Source: Planctomycetota bacterium
GTDB taxonomy: Bacteria; Planctomycetota; SZUA-567; H5-PLA8
Assembly: GCA_038227875.1 (NCBI GenBank)
Contig: JBBRPR010000021.1
Span: 1-64,000, forward strand
Length of the DNA: 64,000 bases
Direction: 5' to 3'
In this document: positions 38,862 through 48,847 of the stretch, one piece after another
Layout: each line of letters starts with the position of its first letter
Position numbering within the stretch: the stretch's first letter is position 1
Program-made: the position numbers and the translations under genes
Notes under the pieces: model-generated
Databases searched by the model: none
The model's input: only the letters and a program-made list of their open reading frames with translations
What the model was told of the DNA's origin: nothing

Positions 38862-40976
38862 ATGCGACTCGTAACTCTGTCCCGGCTCGTGCTTGTGTTG
38901 ATGCTCGTCCCGTCCGCGCTCTGCGCCGAAGACTTGACCGTCGTCAGCTTCGACAAGGAAGCCGACGTCGCGAAAATCGTCGTCAGCGACGTGAAAGTCA
39001 GCAGCGCCAAAGCCACAGATGGCTCCGCTGTGCTCCACGTCAGCAGCGGCCACAAGAATCCCTGGCCGGGCCTCACGCTTAAACCCGAGGCTGGCGCCGC
39101 CGCGTGGGATCTTTCGAAGTTCGAGAACCTCACTGTCGACATCAAAAATACCGGCACCGAAGACGTGCAGGTCAACTGCCGCGTCGATAATCCCGGCGCC
39201 GACGGAGTGAAAAACTGCGTCACCGATCACGCCATGATCAAACCCGGCGAACGCAAGACGCTCACCGTTAATCTCCCCCACCCGCCCGCGAAGCAATTGA
39301 ACGTCGCGCTCTTTGGCATGAACGGCTATCCGGCCGTGGCTGCCGCGGCGATGAAATCCAGCGTCGATCCGGCGAAGATCAACCAACTCGTCATTTTTCT
39401 CGCACAGCCGCAGAAGGATTACGAATTTGAATTGAGTTCCATTCGCGCCACGGGCAACTTCACGCCGGCGCCGATTCCCGCTGGTCTCGATGAGAAGAAT
39501 TTTTTTCCGTTCATCGACACCTTCGGACAGTACATTCACGCCGACTGGCCGGGCAAAACACATTCCGTCGAAGAACTCAAAGCACGCATCGCCACGGAAG
39601 CCACGGACCTCGCCGCAAAATCCGGCCCGCCGAAGGTAGATCAGTACGGCGGATTTGTCGACGGCCCCAAGCTCGAAGCCACCGGTTTCTTCCGCACGCA
39701 GAAGGTCGATGGCAAGTGGTGGCTGGTCGATCCGGACGGCCGCCTCTTCTGGTCGCACGGCATCGATTGCGTTCAAGTCTGGCAGGATACGCCGGTCGAA
39801 GAACGCGAGAACTGGTTCCAGAATTTTCCAGGCGATCAGCCCGAATATAAAAGTCTGCTCAAGAAACCCTGGAAGATTCTCCACGGCCACTACGCCGGAA
39901 AGCTTCCCAACTGTTTCTTCTTCAGCGTCGCCAACCTGATGCGCAAGTACGGCGCGGACTGGCAGAAATCGTTTAACGAACTGGCACACCTGCGGATGAA
40001 ATCCTGGGGCCTGAACACCATCGGCTCCTGGTCCAGCGCCGACGTTTATCTGTTGCGCAAAACGCCGTACACCGTCTTCCTCTCCGCGCCCGGAAAACCA
40101 CTCGAAGGCAGCGAAGGCTTCTGGGGAAAATTTCGCGACGTCTTTGATCCCAGTTACGAAGCCGATCTGAAAAAACGCTTCGCCGAGCAGGAAAAAGCCA
40201 TCGGCGATCCGTGGTGCCTGGGCTACTTCATCGACAATGAAATGGCGTGGGGCGACGACACGTCCCTCTCTCTTGCCACGTTGAAATCTCCCGCCGAACA
40301 GCCTGCGAAGAAAGTCTTCCTCGCCGATTTGAAAGCGAAGTACACCGAGATCGCGAAGCTCAACGCCGTCTGGGGCACGGCCTACGCATCCTGGGACGCG
40401 CTGGCCGAATCGCGCACCGCTCCCGACAAGGAAAAAGCGCGCGCCGATCTCACCGCGTTCTATACCAAAACCGCTGAGCAGTATTTCAAGACCAGCCACG
40501 ATGTATTAAAAGCCGCCGCGCCCAAGCAACTCTATCTCGGCTGCCGCTTCGCCTGGACCAACGATCTAGCCGTCGCCGCAGCCGTGAAGTACTGCGACGT
40601 AATCAGCTTCAATCTCTACCACCGCTCGATCGCCGACTTCACCGTCCCCGGCAAAGCCGATGTCCCGTTACTGGTCGGCGAATTCCACTTCGGAGCTCTC
40701 GACCGCGGCATGTTCCACACCGGCCTGGTCCCCACGCGCGATCAAGCCGAACGCGCGAGCCTCTACAAAAGTTATGTCACCGGCGCGTTGAAGCACCCCA
40801 ATTTCGTCGGCGTCCACTGGTTCCAATATATGGACGAACCCACTACCGGCCGCTCGCTGGACGGTGAGAACTATCAGATCGGCTTCGTCGATGGCACCGA
40901 CACGCCCTACCCCGAGATCATCGAATCCGCCCGCGAGATCGGCTGGCACCTTTACGAACTTCGCGCCGGCAAATAG
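38862..40976 (+). CDS. GH50 beta-agarase-like glycoside hydrolase with N-terminal CBM-like domain
   Basis: IDTFGQY...WPGK, ATGFFRT.K.DGKWWLVDPDG, GYFIDNE, VGEFHFGALDRG, HWFQY.D.P..GR..DGEN. Confidence 0.88.
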   Translation: MRLVTLSRLVLVLMLVPSALCAEDLTVVSFDKEADVAKIVVSDVKVSSAKATDGSAVLHVSSGHKNPWPGLTLKPEAGAAAWDLSKFENLTVDIKNTGTEDVQVNCRVDNPGADGVKNCVTDHAMIKPGERKTLTVNLPHPPAKQLNVALFGMNGYPAVAAAAMKSSVDPAKINQLVIFLAQPQKDYEFELSSIRATGNFTPAPIPAGLDEKNFFPFIDTFGQYIHADWPGKTHSVEELKARIATEATDLAAKSGPPKVDQYGGFVDGPKLEATGFFRTQKVDGKWWLVDPDGRLFWSHGIDCVQVWQDTPVEERENWFQNFPGDQPEYKSLLKKPWKILHGHYAGKLPNCFFFSVANLMRKYGADWQKSFNELAHLRMKSWGLNTIGSWSSADVYLLRKTPYTVFLSAPGKPLEGSEGFWGKFRDVFDPSYEADLKKRFAEQEKAIGDPWCLGYFIDNEMAWGDDTSLSLATLKSPAEQPAKKVFLADLKAKYTEIAKLNAVWGTAYASWDALAESRTAPDKEKARADLTAFYTKTAEQYFKTSHDVLKAAAPKQLYLGCRFAWTNDLAVAAAVKYCDVISFNLYHRSIADFTVPGKADVPLLVGEFHFGALDRGMFHTGLVPTRDQAERASLYKSYVTGALKHPNFVGVHWFQYMDEPTTGRSLDGENYQIGFVDGTDTPYPEIIESAREIGWHLYELRAGK

Positions 40977-41242
40977 GTAGACGTTAACCATACTCCACCC
41001 GCGCGATGCATGGGACGGATCAACCCGCGCCGATGCATCGTGCACAAAGCAACGTCCCAAAAGCAATCAACCTCCCACCGAATTTGATTCGCCCGCTTCG
41101 ATCTTCGAAATGAATTGAGCCCCGTCGGCCCGCGCGCCGTCCGATTTCTCCGCGATCGCGTAACGCGGTCGCATACTTGCAGAGCATTACGCGGAGTTAA
41201 CTGGGAAGCATTGGGAATAAATATGTTTGCTCAAATTTACTC

Positions 41243-42061
41243 ATGAGGAACCCACAAATGCCCGCGCGAAAAAAGAAGACCTCTCCCAAAAAGAAACCTG
41301 CTAAAGCATCCGTTGCTTCATTAAAGGAATATCAGGCCAAACGAAACTTCGCCGTCTCGCCCGAACCCAGCGGTGCGGCGCCAGCCAAATCCCCAAAAGG
41401 GCGTGAGCTTTTCTTCTGCGTGCAGAAACATTGGGCCAGTCACCTTCACTATGATTTCAGGCTCGAATGGAACGGCGTCCTTTTGTCGTGGGCCGTGCCC
41501 AAAGGCCCGTCGCTACAACCGCGCGACAAACGGCTGGCGATGAAAGTCGAAGATCATCCCTTCGACTATGGAGAATTCGAAGGCGTCATCCCCGAAGGCT
41601 ATGGCGCGGGCGTGGTGATGCTCTGGGACAAGGGCACGTGGCACGCAGAGTCTGAAGACACCGCCGCCGCGCTGGCCAAAGGCGAACTGAAATTCACGCT
41701 CAACGGAGTCAAACTCAAAGGCTCGTGGGTACTCGTTCGTACTGGGCCAACAGACAGTCGCACGTGGCTGTTGATCAAGCATCGCGACGCGTGGTCCGGT
41801 GACGTCGACATCGCGACATTCGCGCCAAACAGCGTCAAGAGTGACGGCTCATTCAAAGCCATTCTGACCGCCCACGCGCCTGAATTCTGGAACTCCAATC
41901 GAAATCAGGAAAAGGTGCCCGGTGCGCAGTTGCAAAAGGTGATCGAGAAAATTCTCGCTGAAGATTTACCAAAGACCGCGGCAACATCCCGCTCCCAAGC
42001 GCGGACGCGAAAGCCACGCGGCTCAACACGAGCCAAATCGGCCGCGCCAATTCATCCGTGA
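41243..42061 (+). CDS. Stand-alone LigD 3'-phosphoesterase (PE) domain protein
   Basis: YQAKRNF..SPEP, VQKHWASHLHYDFRLE..GVL.SWAVPKGPS, EDHP..Y..FEG, LWDKG. Confidence 0.92.
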   Translation: MRNPQMPARKKKTSPKKKPAKASVASLKEYQAKRNFAVSPEPSGAAPAKSPKGRELFFCVQKHWASHLHYDFRLEWNGVLLSWAVPKGPSLQPRDKRLAMKVEDHPFDYGEFEGVIPEGYGAGVVMLWDKGTWHAESEDTAAALAKGELKFTLNGVKLKGSWVLVRTGPTDSRTWLLIKHRDAWSGDVDIATFAPNSVKSDGSFKAILTAHAPEFWNSNRNQEKVPGAQLQKVIEKILAEDLPKTAATSRSQARTRKPRGSTRAKSAAPIHP

Positions 42062-42175
42062 CGCGACGTTGGAACGTGGGTTGCTTCCACATTCTGCGCT
42101 TCGCGTTCGATGCTGTACCACACGCGCGCTCCGTCTGTTTGAAAATTTCCGCAGGCCTCAGCGAAAACTAGTTCC

Positions 42176-43201
42176 ATGACAATGCTTCAAACCAAACGAT
42201 CCGTGCAGTTGCCGCTGACAGTACGACCCATGTTGGCAAAAGCGTCATCACAGCTGCCGTTGCCGGATCAAAAGTATGGCTTTGAATTCAAATGGGACGG
42301 AGTTCGCGCACTCGCCTTCTGGGACGGCCGAAAAATTCGCCTGCTCAGCCGCAGCGGTCGCGACATCTCCCACGAATTCCCAGAACTCCAAACACTGGGA
42401 CTTAGCTTGGGGAAGGGCGTCGCGATCCTCGACGGTGAAATCGTGGCGCTGGATGCGAAGGGCTCTCCCAAATTCGAGCTCCTTCAGTCGCGCCTGGGAT
42501 TATCGTTGGAATCCGCCCAGCGCAAAGCCGCTGAAATCAGCGTGACGTATATGATTTTCGATCTTCTACATCTGAATGGAGACGATCTTTCGCTCCGGCC
42601 TTTTACCGAACGTCGCGCCGCGCTCGACGACTTAAATCCCGTCGGTGCCCATTGGCGAGTGTCTCCCTATCGAGCCGGCGGGGGCGCCACATTTCTGGAC
42701 ACCAGCCGCAACTTCAAGCTCGAAGGTATCGTCGCCAAGCGACTGGATTCCATTTACGAAGCCGGCAAGCGTACGGGAGCGTGGTTGAAAATAAAAAATC
42801 AGCACCGCGCCGAATTCCTCATCGGTGGCTGGCTTCCCGGCGAAGGCCGGCGTCAGGACACCATCGGCTCGATCCTGGTGGGTTATTACGATCTCCCGCG
42901 CGAATTGGCCGAGCAACGCCACGCCCGTCAACGCTTGCTCTTCGCCGGAAAAGTGGGAACCGGATTCTCCGATGCCATGTTGGAAAAACTGAAGGGCATG
43001 CTCAAACCCCTGCATCTCCGCACGTGCCCTTTCGAACCGTCGGCGCAGTTGCCGCGCGGCGCGCAGTACTGCAAACCCGAACTGATCGGTGAATTCGAAT
43101 TCACGGAATGGACTCAACTTAACAGCCTGCGCCATCCTTCATTCAAAGGCCTGCGCAACGACAAGGACCCGCGTGACGTCGTGCGGGATGAGGAGGAATA
43201 A
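42176..43201 (+). CDS. LigD-type ATP-dependent DNA ligase (ligase domain only)
   Basis: EFKWDGVR, LDGEIV, FDLL, EGIVAKR..S.Y..GKR, WLKIK, GKVGTGF, LRHPSFKGLR.DK. Confidence 0.93.
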   Translation: MTMLQTKRSVQLPLTVRPMLAKASSQLPLPDQKYGFEFKWDGVRALAFWDGRKIRLLSRSGRDISHEFPELQTLGLSLGKGVAILDGEIVALDAKGSPKFELLQSRLGLSLESAQRKAAEISVTYMIFDLLHLNGDDLSLRPFTERRAALDDLNPVGAHWRVSPYRAGGGATFLDTSRNFKLEGIVAKRLDSIYEAGKRTGAWLKIKNQHRAEFLIGGWLPGEGRRQDTIGSILVGYYDLPRELAEQRHARQRLLFAGKVGTGFSDAMLEKLKGMLKPLHLRTCPFEPSAQLPRGAQYCKPELIGEFEFTEWTQLNSLRHPSFKGLRNDKDPRDVVRDEEE

Positions 43202-43204
43202 ATC

Positions 43205-44089
43205 ATGCCACGAGCCATCTGGAGCGGATCGATCAGCTTCGCCTTGATCAATATCCCCGTGAAACTGTACAGCGCCATTTCGCCCAAGGACGTCCACTTT
43301 CACCAACTGCACGACGAGGACGGTGCGCGTATCCAGCAAAAGCGTGTCTGCGCCGTTGACGGCATAGAAGTCCCGTACGAACACATCGTCAAAGGCTACG
43401 AGATCTCGCCCAATCGTTACGTGATTTTAAAGCCCGAGGAAATCGAAGCGCTCGACCCGAAGGCGCGCAACACGATCAAAATCAAAAGCTTCGTCAACGC
43501 CAGCGAGATCGATCCGCTCTTCGTCGAATACTCCTACTACCTCGTCCCCGACAAGGGCGCCGACAAACCCTACGCGTTGTTATTGAAAGCCATGCAGGAA
43601 AGCGACCGCGTCGCCATCGCCCGCACGATCCTCCGTACGAAGCAATACGTCACCGAACTCCGCCCCTTGAAGGGCTCGCTCACGCTTTCAACACTCTATT
43701 ACTACGATGAAGTCATTCCGCAGTCCTCACTGGAAGGCCTTCCCGACGCCAACGTAGCCGTCAACCCGAAGGAACTTTCGATGGCGACGCAGCTGATCGA
43801 ATCGCTGACCGAACCATACAAGCCCGAACAATACCACGACACCTACCGCGAAGAGTTGCTGGCGCTGATCGAACGCAAATCAAAAGGCGAAGTCATCGAC
43901 TCGCAGCCCCCGAAACAGCAAGACCAGAAAGTGGTCAGCCTCATGGCCGCCTTGGAAGCCAGCCTCAACAAAGCGCGAAATTCCACGCCAGCGGAACCGG
44001 GCGAAGCCTCCAAAACCACCAAAACCTCCGCGAAGAAACCGCGCGGCGCGGCACAACACACCGCTCACAAAAAGCGCCGAACCGCGTAG
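43205..44089 (+). CDS. ku: NHEJ Ku protein
   Basis: RAIWSGSISFALINIPVKLY, IVKGYE, KPYALL, YHDTYRE, SLMAALEASL. Confidence 0.95.
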   Translation: MPRAIWSGSISFALINIPVKLYSAISPKDVHFHQLHDEDGARIQQKRVCAVDGIEVPYEHIVKGYEISPNRYVILKPEEIEALDPKARNTIKIKSFVNASEIDPLFVEYSYYLVPDKGADKPYALLLKAMQESDRVAIARTILRTKQYVTELRPLKGSLTLSTLYYYDEVIPQSSLEGLPDANVAVNPKELSMATQLIESLTEPYKPEQYHDTYREELLALIERKSKGEVIDSQPPKQQDQKVVSLMAALEASLNKARNSTPAEPGEASKTTKTSAKKPRGAAQHTAHKKRRTA

Positions 44090-44123
44090 GATTTCCTGCT
44101 GCCCCACATTAACATCGCCAGTT

Positions 44124-44636
44124 GTGGTGGAATCACTAAAAATCCTCCTCCTGACCGTTGCCGCGGCCATCTGCTTCGGCATCGTGCACGATCAATTCAC
44201 CGCGCGGATTTGCGTGGAGTACTTCACCATCGGACATCCGCCGGTCTTCAACACGCAATCGCCGACACTACTGGCGCTGGGCTGGGGAGTGATTGCGACG
44301 TGGTGGGTCGGCGTGATCCTGGGAATCCCCCTCGCCTGCGCCGCGCGGCTTGGCGCGCGCCCGAAGTTCTCCGCTGCAATGCTCCTGCGACCCATTGCAA
44401 CCTTGCTGGCGATTATGGCAGTCCTCTGCCTGATCTCAGGCACATCCGGCTATTTCGCCGGCCGTTCCGGTGCGGTAGTTCTCATCGATCCCGGACACCT
44501 GATTGATGCCGGTAAACACCCCGCGTACCTCGCAGATCTGTGGAGCCACCTGGCCGCATATGCCGTCGGTTTTCTCGGCGGTCTTGTACTGTGCGTGTGG
44601 ACTTACGGTCAGCGGCGAAAGATTGAAGCGAGCTAA
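44124..44636 (+). CDS. Hypothetical membrane protein (about 4 TM)
   Basis: GIVHDQFTARICVEYFTIGH, WGVIATWWVG, hydrophobic segments. Confidence 0.7.
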   Translation: MVESLKILLLTVAAAICFGIVHDQFTARICVEYFTIGHPPVFNTQSPTLLALGWGVIATWWVGVILGIPLACAARLGARPKFSAAMLLRPIATLLAIMAVLCLISGTSGYFAGRSGAVVLIDPGHLIDAGKHPAYLADLWSHLAAYAVGFLGGLVLCVWTYGQRRKIEAS

Positions 44637-44699
44637 ATTTGGCTAAATTACTTTGCTTTCATAGCTCTCGCTGCCTTCTCTCCGTTTCCTACGATAAGT

Positions 44700-45817
44700 G
44701 GATGCGCCGGATCTCCACCATCACCTTATTTGTCCTCACGGTTCTGACGACTCACGCGCGATCTTTTGCCGCCGAACCCTCCACCCCCTACCCACTCTGG
44801 GATACACACGAACTCATCGCCGACTACGCCAAACGCGTCAATCTCCCGCCGACGAAAACGCTCGACCTCGGCAACGGTGTGAAACTCGACCTCGTCCTGG
44901 TTCCCGCTGGGAAATTCATCATGGGTACGCCAATGCCTGCGCCGGTCGACAACGACGCCTTTCAAAGCAGGATCATTATCGGTCAAGCGCTGCTGGCGTT
45001 CGGTAGCGGTCTGTTGTTGGAATTGCTTGGAACGGTGTTCTTTCTGGCCGCGCGCACACGTCAGCGGCCGAAGATTTCATTGGCGCGTCTTCTGGCGGTA
45101 ACCGTGTCGGCGGGTCTTGCAGTCATGGGTGCGTTGCATTGGCGGCAATCACTTCAGGATTGGCCCAAGGCGCTTGAGGAATTTAAAGCAGCGGAAAGCC
45201 GACATGCAGTGGCGGTGGAAAACGAGAAGCCAGCACATGCGGTGACCTTAACCCGCCCGTTTTATATGGGAAAATTCACGGTCACTCAAGAACAATACAA
45301 ACAGATTATGGGCGCAACTCCGGCTTCCTATATGGGCAACGACTACCCTGTTGTATTTGAATCGTGGAACGACGCGCAGCAGTTCTGTCAGAAATTGACG
45401 CGCTTGACCAACCAACCAGCGCGCTTGCCCACGGAAGCCGAATGGGAATTTGCTTGCCGCGCCGGCGCAACGACGGCCTGCTCTGCCGGCGATTTGATCA
45501 CAGACCTGAATCGCGTTGCATGGAATGGTGACAACAGCACCAGTGTCATGCCCGTTGGACAGAAGGAACCGAACGCCTTTCAACTCTATGACATGCACGG
45601 CAATGTCTGGCAATGGTGTCAGGACCGGTATGGACCGTACGACGCGACGGCCGTCGAAAATCCATCCGGATCCAAAGAGGGCGGTGGTCGCATCTTGCGG
45701 GGTTGTTTCTGGTCCTCCCCGTTCGCCCGAAACTGGTCGGCATTCCGCACCTTTAGCGGACCGGACAATAACAAGGGTGATGCCATCGGCTTTCGGATTG
45801 CCATAAACGCCGAGTGA
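44700..45817 (+). CDS. FGE-sulfatase (SUMF1/EgtB/PvdO-like) domain protein
   Basis: VPAGKFIMG, EKPAHAVTL, RLPTEAEWEFACRAG, PNAFQLYDMHGNVWQWCQD, IGFRI. Confidence 0.88.
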
Positions 45818-46632
45818 CACCACACCAAGCGCCGTTCACGGCTTTACCACAAACCCCACCGCCCGCGTCTCAATCTTCGATTTCCACGCCTGCTTGGGCA
45901 GTTGCTGATTTCACGCGCCCTACGGTTTCTGCGTCGCGTCGTACGTGACTTTGATCGAGTAATTTCCCCCGGGGTCGGCAGCTTGAGTCCCTTACCGAGC
46001 GCCACGCGGTATTCCTCGCCGGCGTCGAGCACCTTATATATAGTTGTCGTCCCAGCCCCCTCCGGCCGGCGCGCCGGATTCTTTTTCATGAGGCGTCAGC
46101 GCTGAGCTGTCGACGGGTTTGCTGTCCGGTCCGGTTACCACTGCCGTGTCGAACCAATCCAATCCATGATTGACCGGCATGAGCAGCACCAGCTTTACCG
46201 CGGTTGTGTTCTTTTACACCAGTTCGAACACCGGCGCTTCGATTGCACACCGCGAAGTCTGTGCAAGAAAAGTGACCGATGCGGCCGCCGTTTGGACCAA
46301 GGACACCGCACCTACCGGCACAGCCCTTGCATCGTGCACTCTCACTCTCTTCTTTTCGTGCCGGATGGATGCACTGTTGTATCCAACGGGGGCGACTTGG
46401 GAGGTGGACGTAGTTCAGCCCGGGAACAATTTGGTCCCGACGAATTTTAGTTGCGCCGAAGACGCGCCTTCGTTTGACAGTCATCCCCGACGAAATATAG
46501 TTCGGGGGTCTTCAGACAGCGTCAGGTTGCGTTCAGATGAGCTAACGCCCATCTTAATGGGTGTTGCGCATTCGAATCGTGTAACAGTAGCGACCATGTA
46601 GCCGTACAAAACAGAGGAGCACGCATTTCCAG

Positions 46633-47445
46633 ATGGCAATGGGCGAAAAAATCCGGAAGGCACTGGACGAAGGTGTCTACAAGTCGGTCATCTGGAAGTC
46701 GGTATTCCGTCACGGCTTCCCCGACACCGACCGCAACCGTACACTGGTGGTGCTCTCCAATCTCTTCCTGCATCTCCACCCCGCCAAGCTCAAGGGCCAT
46801 GCCGTCCGCATGCGCTACACGTGGTGTATGGGCGGGCTGTCCTTCTTCATGTTCCTGATCCTGACCATCAGTGGTACGTTCCTGATGTTCTACTACCGTC
46901 CTACTCCCGAATACGCGTACGCCGACGTCATCTCCCTGCGCGAAGACGTCCCGCTGGGCATGTTTATGCGCAACATTCACCGCTGGGCCGCGCATGCCAT
47001 GGTAATCGTCGTCTGGCTCCACATGCTTCGCGTCTTCCTGACCGGCTCCTACAAAGCGCCCCGCGAATTCAACTGGGGTGTCGGCGTCGTCCTCTTGACC
47101 CTGACCCTGCTGCTGTCCTTCACCGGCTACCTCCTGCCGTGGGACCAGATCGCGATCTGGGCTATCACCGTCGGAACCAATATGGCCCGCGCCCATCCGT
47201 TCATCGGGCATGAAGGCCCCGGCGCATCACTGCTCAATCCCGCTGTTCTTGGCTACGACGACTTCCCGCTGGTCCATTCCAAGAGCGACATTCGCTTCAT
47301 GCTCCTGGGCGGCTCGGTGGTCGGTCCGCCGACACTGCTGCGCTTCTACGTGCTCCACTGCGTCTTCCTGCCGGTCGTCGCGGGATTCCTGATGGCCGTG
47401 CATTTCTGGCGCATCCGCAAGGACGGCTTCAGCGCGCCTTTGTAA
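46633..47445 (+). CDS. Cytochrome b N-terminal (cytochrome b6-like) subunit
   Basis: WCMGG, HRW...H in helix B, GYLLPWDQ, H-x14-H in helix D, C-terminal RKDGFSAPL. Confidence 0.93.
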   Translation: MAMGEKIRKALDEGVYKSVIWKSVFRHGFPDTDRNRTLVVLSNLFLHLHPAKLKGHAVRMRYTWCMGGLSFFMFLILTISGTFLMFYYRPTPEYAYADVISLREDVPLGMFMRNIHRWAAHAMVIVVWLHMLRVFLTGSYKAPREFNWGVGVVLLTLTLLLSFTGYLLPWDQIAIWAITVGTNMARAHPFIGHEGPGASLLNPAVLGYDDFPLVHSKSDIRFMLLGGSVVGPPTLLRFYVLHCVFLPVVAGFLMAVHFWRIRKDGFSAPL

Positions 47446-47472
47446 GAGGCGGTTTTTAATCTCTCGTAAAAC

Positions 47473-47559
47473 CGCAAAGACGCAAAGAACGGCACGAACG
47501 GATTGAGGATTTTTGAAGTAGCTGAACGAAAACGTAAGGCAGTTCTTTGCGGCTTTGCG
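47473..47559. repeat. Inverted octamer-doublet repeat
   Basis: CGCAAAGACGCAAAGAAC / GTTCTTTGCGGCTTTGCG; related single arm at 25929-25947. Confidence 0.6.
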
Positions 47560-47611
47560 TGCGATTTAAGAAGGTGTGGTCGTTCAAGAGTGACTGCCTT
47601 TAGGAGTAACC

Positions 47612-48721
47612 ATGTCGGCTGGTGTAGATACAGATCCTGTTGCGCTGCGCGGGTTTTTTCATCTCGTCAACTACCTCTGCCAACCCGTGATCTTCTATAC
47701 GGGGACGATCGCGGCGTTCTTCGGCGCGCTCATCTTCCGCAAGATCTGGGTGCAACCGAAAGTGGCGCTGGGGCTGTTGCTGGGAAGTTTTGTCTTCGTC
47801 GGCATCAGTTGCTTCAACGGCCAGTTCGCACATGAGGCAGCCAAGCCGGACAATATTCCGCTCTGGATCATGCTTTACCTGACGGCCCTGGTGCTCTGGG
47901 CCGCGTTCTACCAGGCCGTCCGCAACGATGAACGCATCAAGCAGGGCCTGCGCGTCGACGAAGCAGAAGCCGCCGACGAGAAACTTCACGTCTGGCCGTA
48001 TCTGGTCTACATCGAAGGCATTGTCGCCGCGTTTGTCCTCGCGCTGCTGTTCATCTGGGCGATGGGACTGGAAGCGCCGCTGGAACAGTTCGCCAATCCG
48101 GCAAAGAGCCCCAATCCCGCGAAAGCGCCGTGGTATTTCCTCGGGTTGCAGGAACTGCTGGTGTACTTTGACCCCTGGCTGGCCGGCGTCGTCCTCCCGG
48201 GCATGATTGTCACGGGACTCATCGCGCTGCCTTACTGCGACCCCAACCCGAAGGGCGTCGGCTACTACACCTTCGAACAGCGCAAGTTCGCAATCACCAC
48301 GTACCTCTTTGGCTTCCTGCTGATGTGGATCGTCCTGATCTTCGTCGGCACCCTGCTCCGCGGCCAGAACTGGAATTTCTTCGGCCTCTACGAAGCGTGG
48401 GACGAACACAAGCTGATCTCGGCGAATAACGTCAATGTGTCGGAAATCTTCTGGCAGAACATGATGTCTCGCGCCACGCCCACGCAGTGGTGGATGCGCG
48501 AACTGCCGGGTTTCGTCCTGCTCGCCGGCTACTTCACCGTGTTGCCGGGCCTCATCGCCGTGGTCTTCAAGCGCTTCTACCAGCAGTTGGGCTTCATCCG
48601 CTACTCGATCGTGGTCATGCATCTGATCGTGATGCTATTGGTCCCGATCAAGATGTACCTGCGCTGGGGTTTCAATTTGAAGTACATTGTGTTCATTCCC
48701 GAATACTTCTTTAACGTATAG
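47612..48721 (+). CDS. Cytochrome b C-terminal/subunit-IV-like protein with extra TMs
   Basis: VWPYLVYIE, ANPAKSPNPAKAPWYFLGLQELL, LPYCDPNP; follows the b6-like gene. Confidence 0.8.
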   Translation: MSAGVDTDPVALRGFFHLVNYLCQPVIFYTGTIAAFFGALIFRKIWVQPKVALGLLLGSFVFVGISCFNGQFAHEAAKPDNIPLWIMLYLTALVLWAAFYQAVRNDERIKQGLRVDEAEAADEKLHVWPYLVYIEGIVAAFVLALLFIWAMGLEAPLEQFANPAKSPNPAKAPWYFLGLQELLVYFDPWLAGVVLPGMIVTGLIALPYCDPNPKGVGYYTFEQRKFAITTYLFGFLLMWIVLIFVGTLLRGQNWNFFGLYEAWDEHKLISANNVNVSEIFWQNMMSRATPTQWWMRELPGFVLLAGYFTVLPGLIAVVFKRFYQQLGFIRYSIVVMHLIVMLLVPIKMYLRWGFNLKYIVFIPEYFFNV

Positions 48722-48743
48722 CGGGATAGCAGAACAGCACTTG

Positions 48744-48844
48744 GCTCTTAGCTCTTGGCTCTTGGACCTGTCGGGTAGATTGTTCTCCCGACGGATCCAC
48801 GACTAACCGCAAGGTCCAAGAGCCGAGAGCCAAGAGCTAAGAGC
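48744..48844. repeat. Inverted GCTCTT(A/G) heptamer arrays
   Basis: GCTCTTAGCTCTTGGCTCTTGGACCT (48744-48769) / AGGTCCAAGAGCCGAGAGCCAAGAGCTAAGAGC (48812-48844). Confidence 0.75.
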
Positions 48845-48847
48845 GTC

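Noticed and set aside
44700..45817. Diversity-generating retroelement target
   Set aside because: The fold is a known DGR target class, but no template repeat, reverse transcriptase or Avd gene is visible here; a remote DGR cannot be excluded.
46086..46484. Cys-rich ORF as a Rieske remnant
   Set aside because: Wrong strand and lacks CxHxGC/CPCH motifs.
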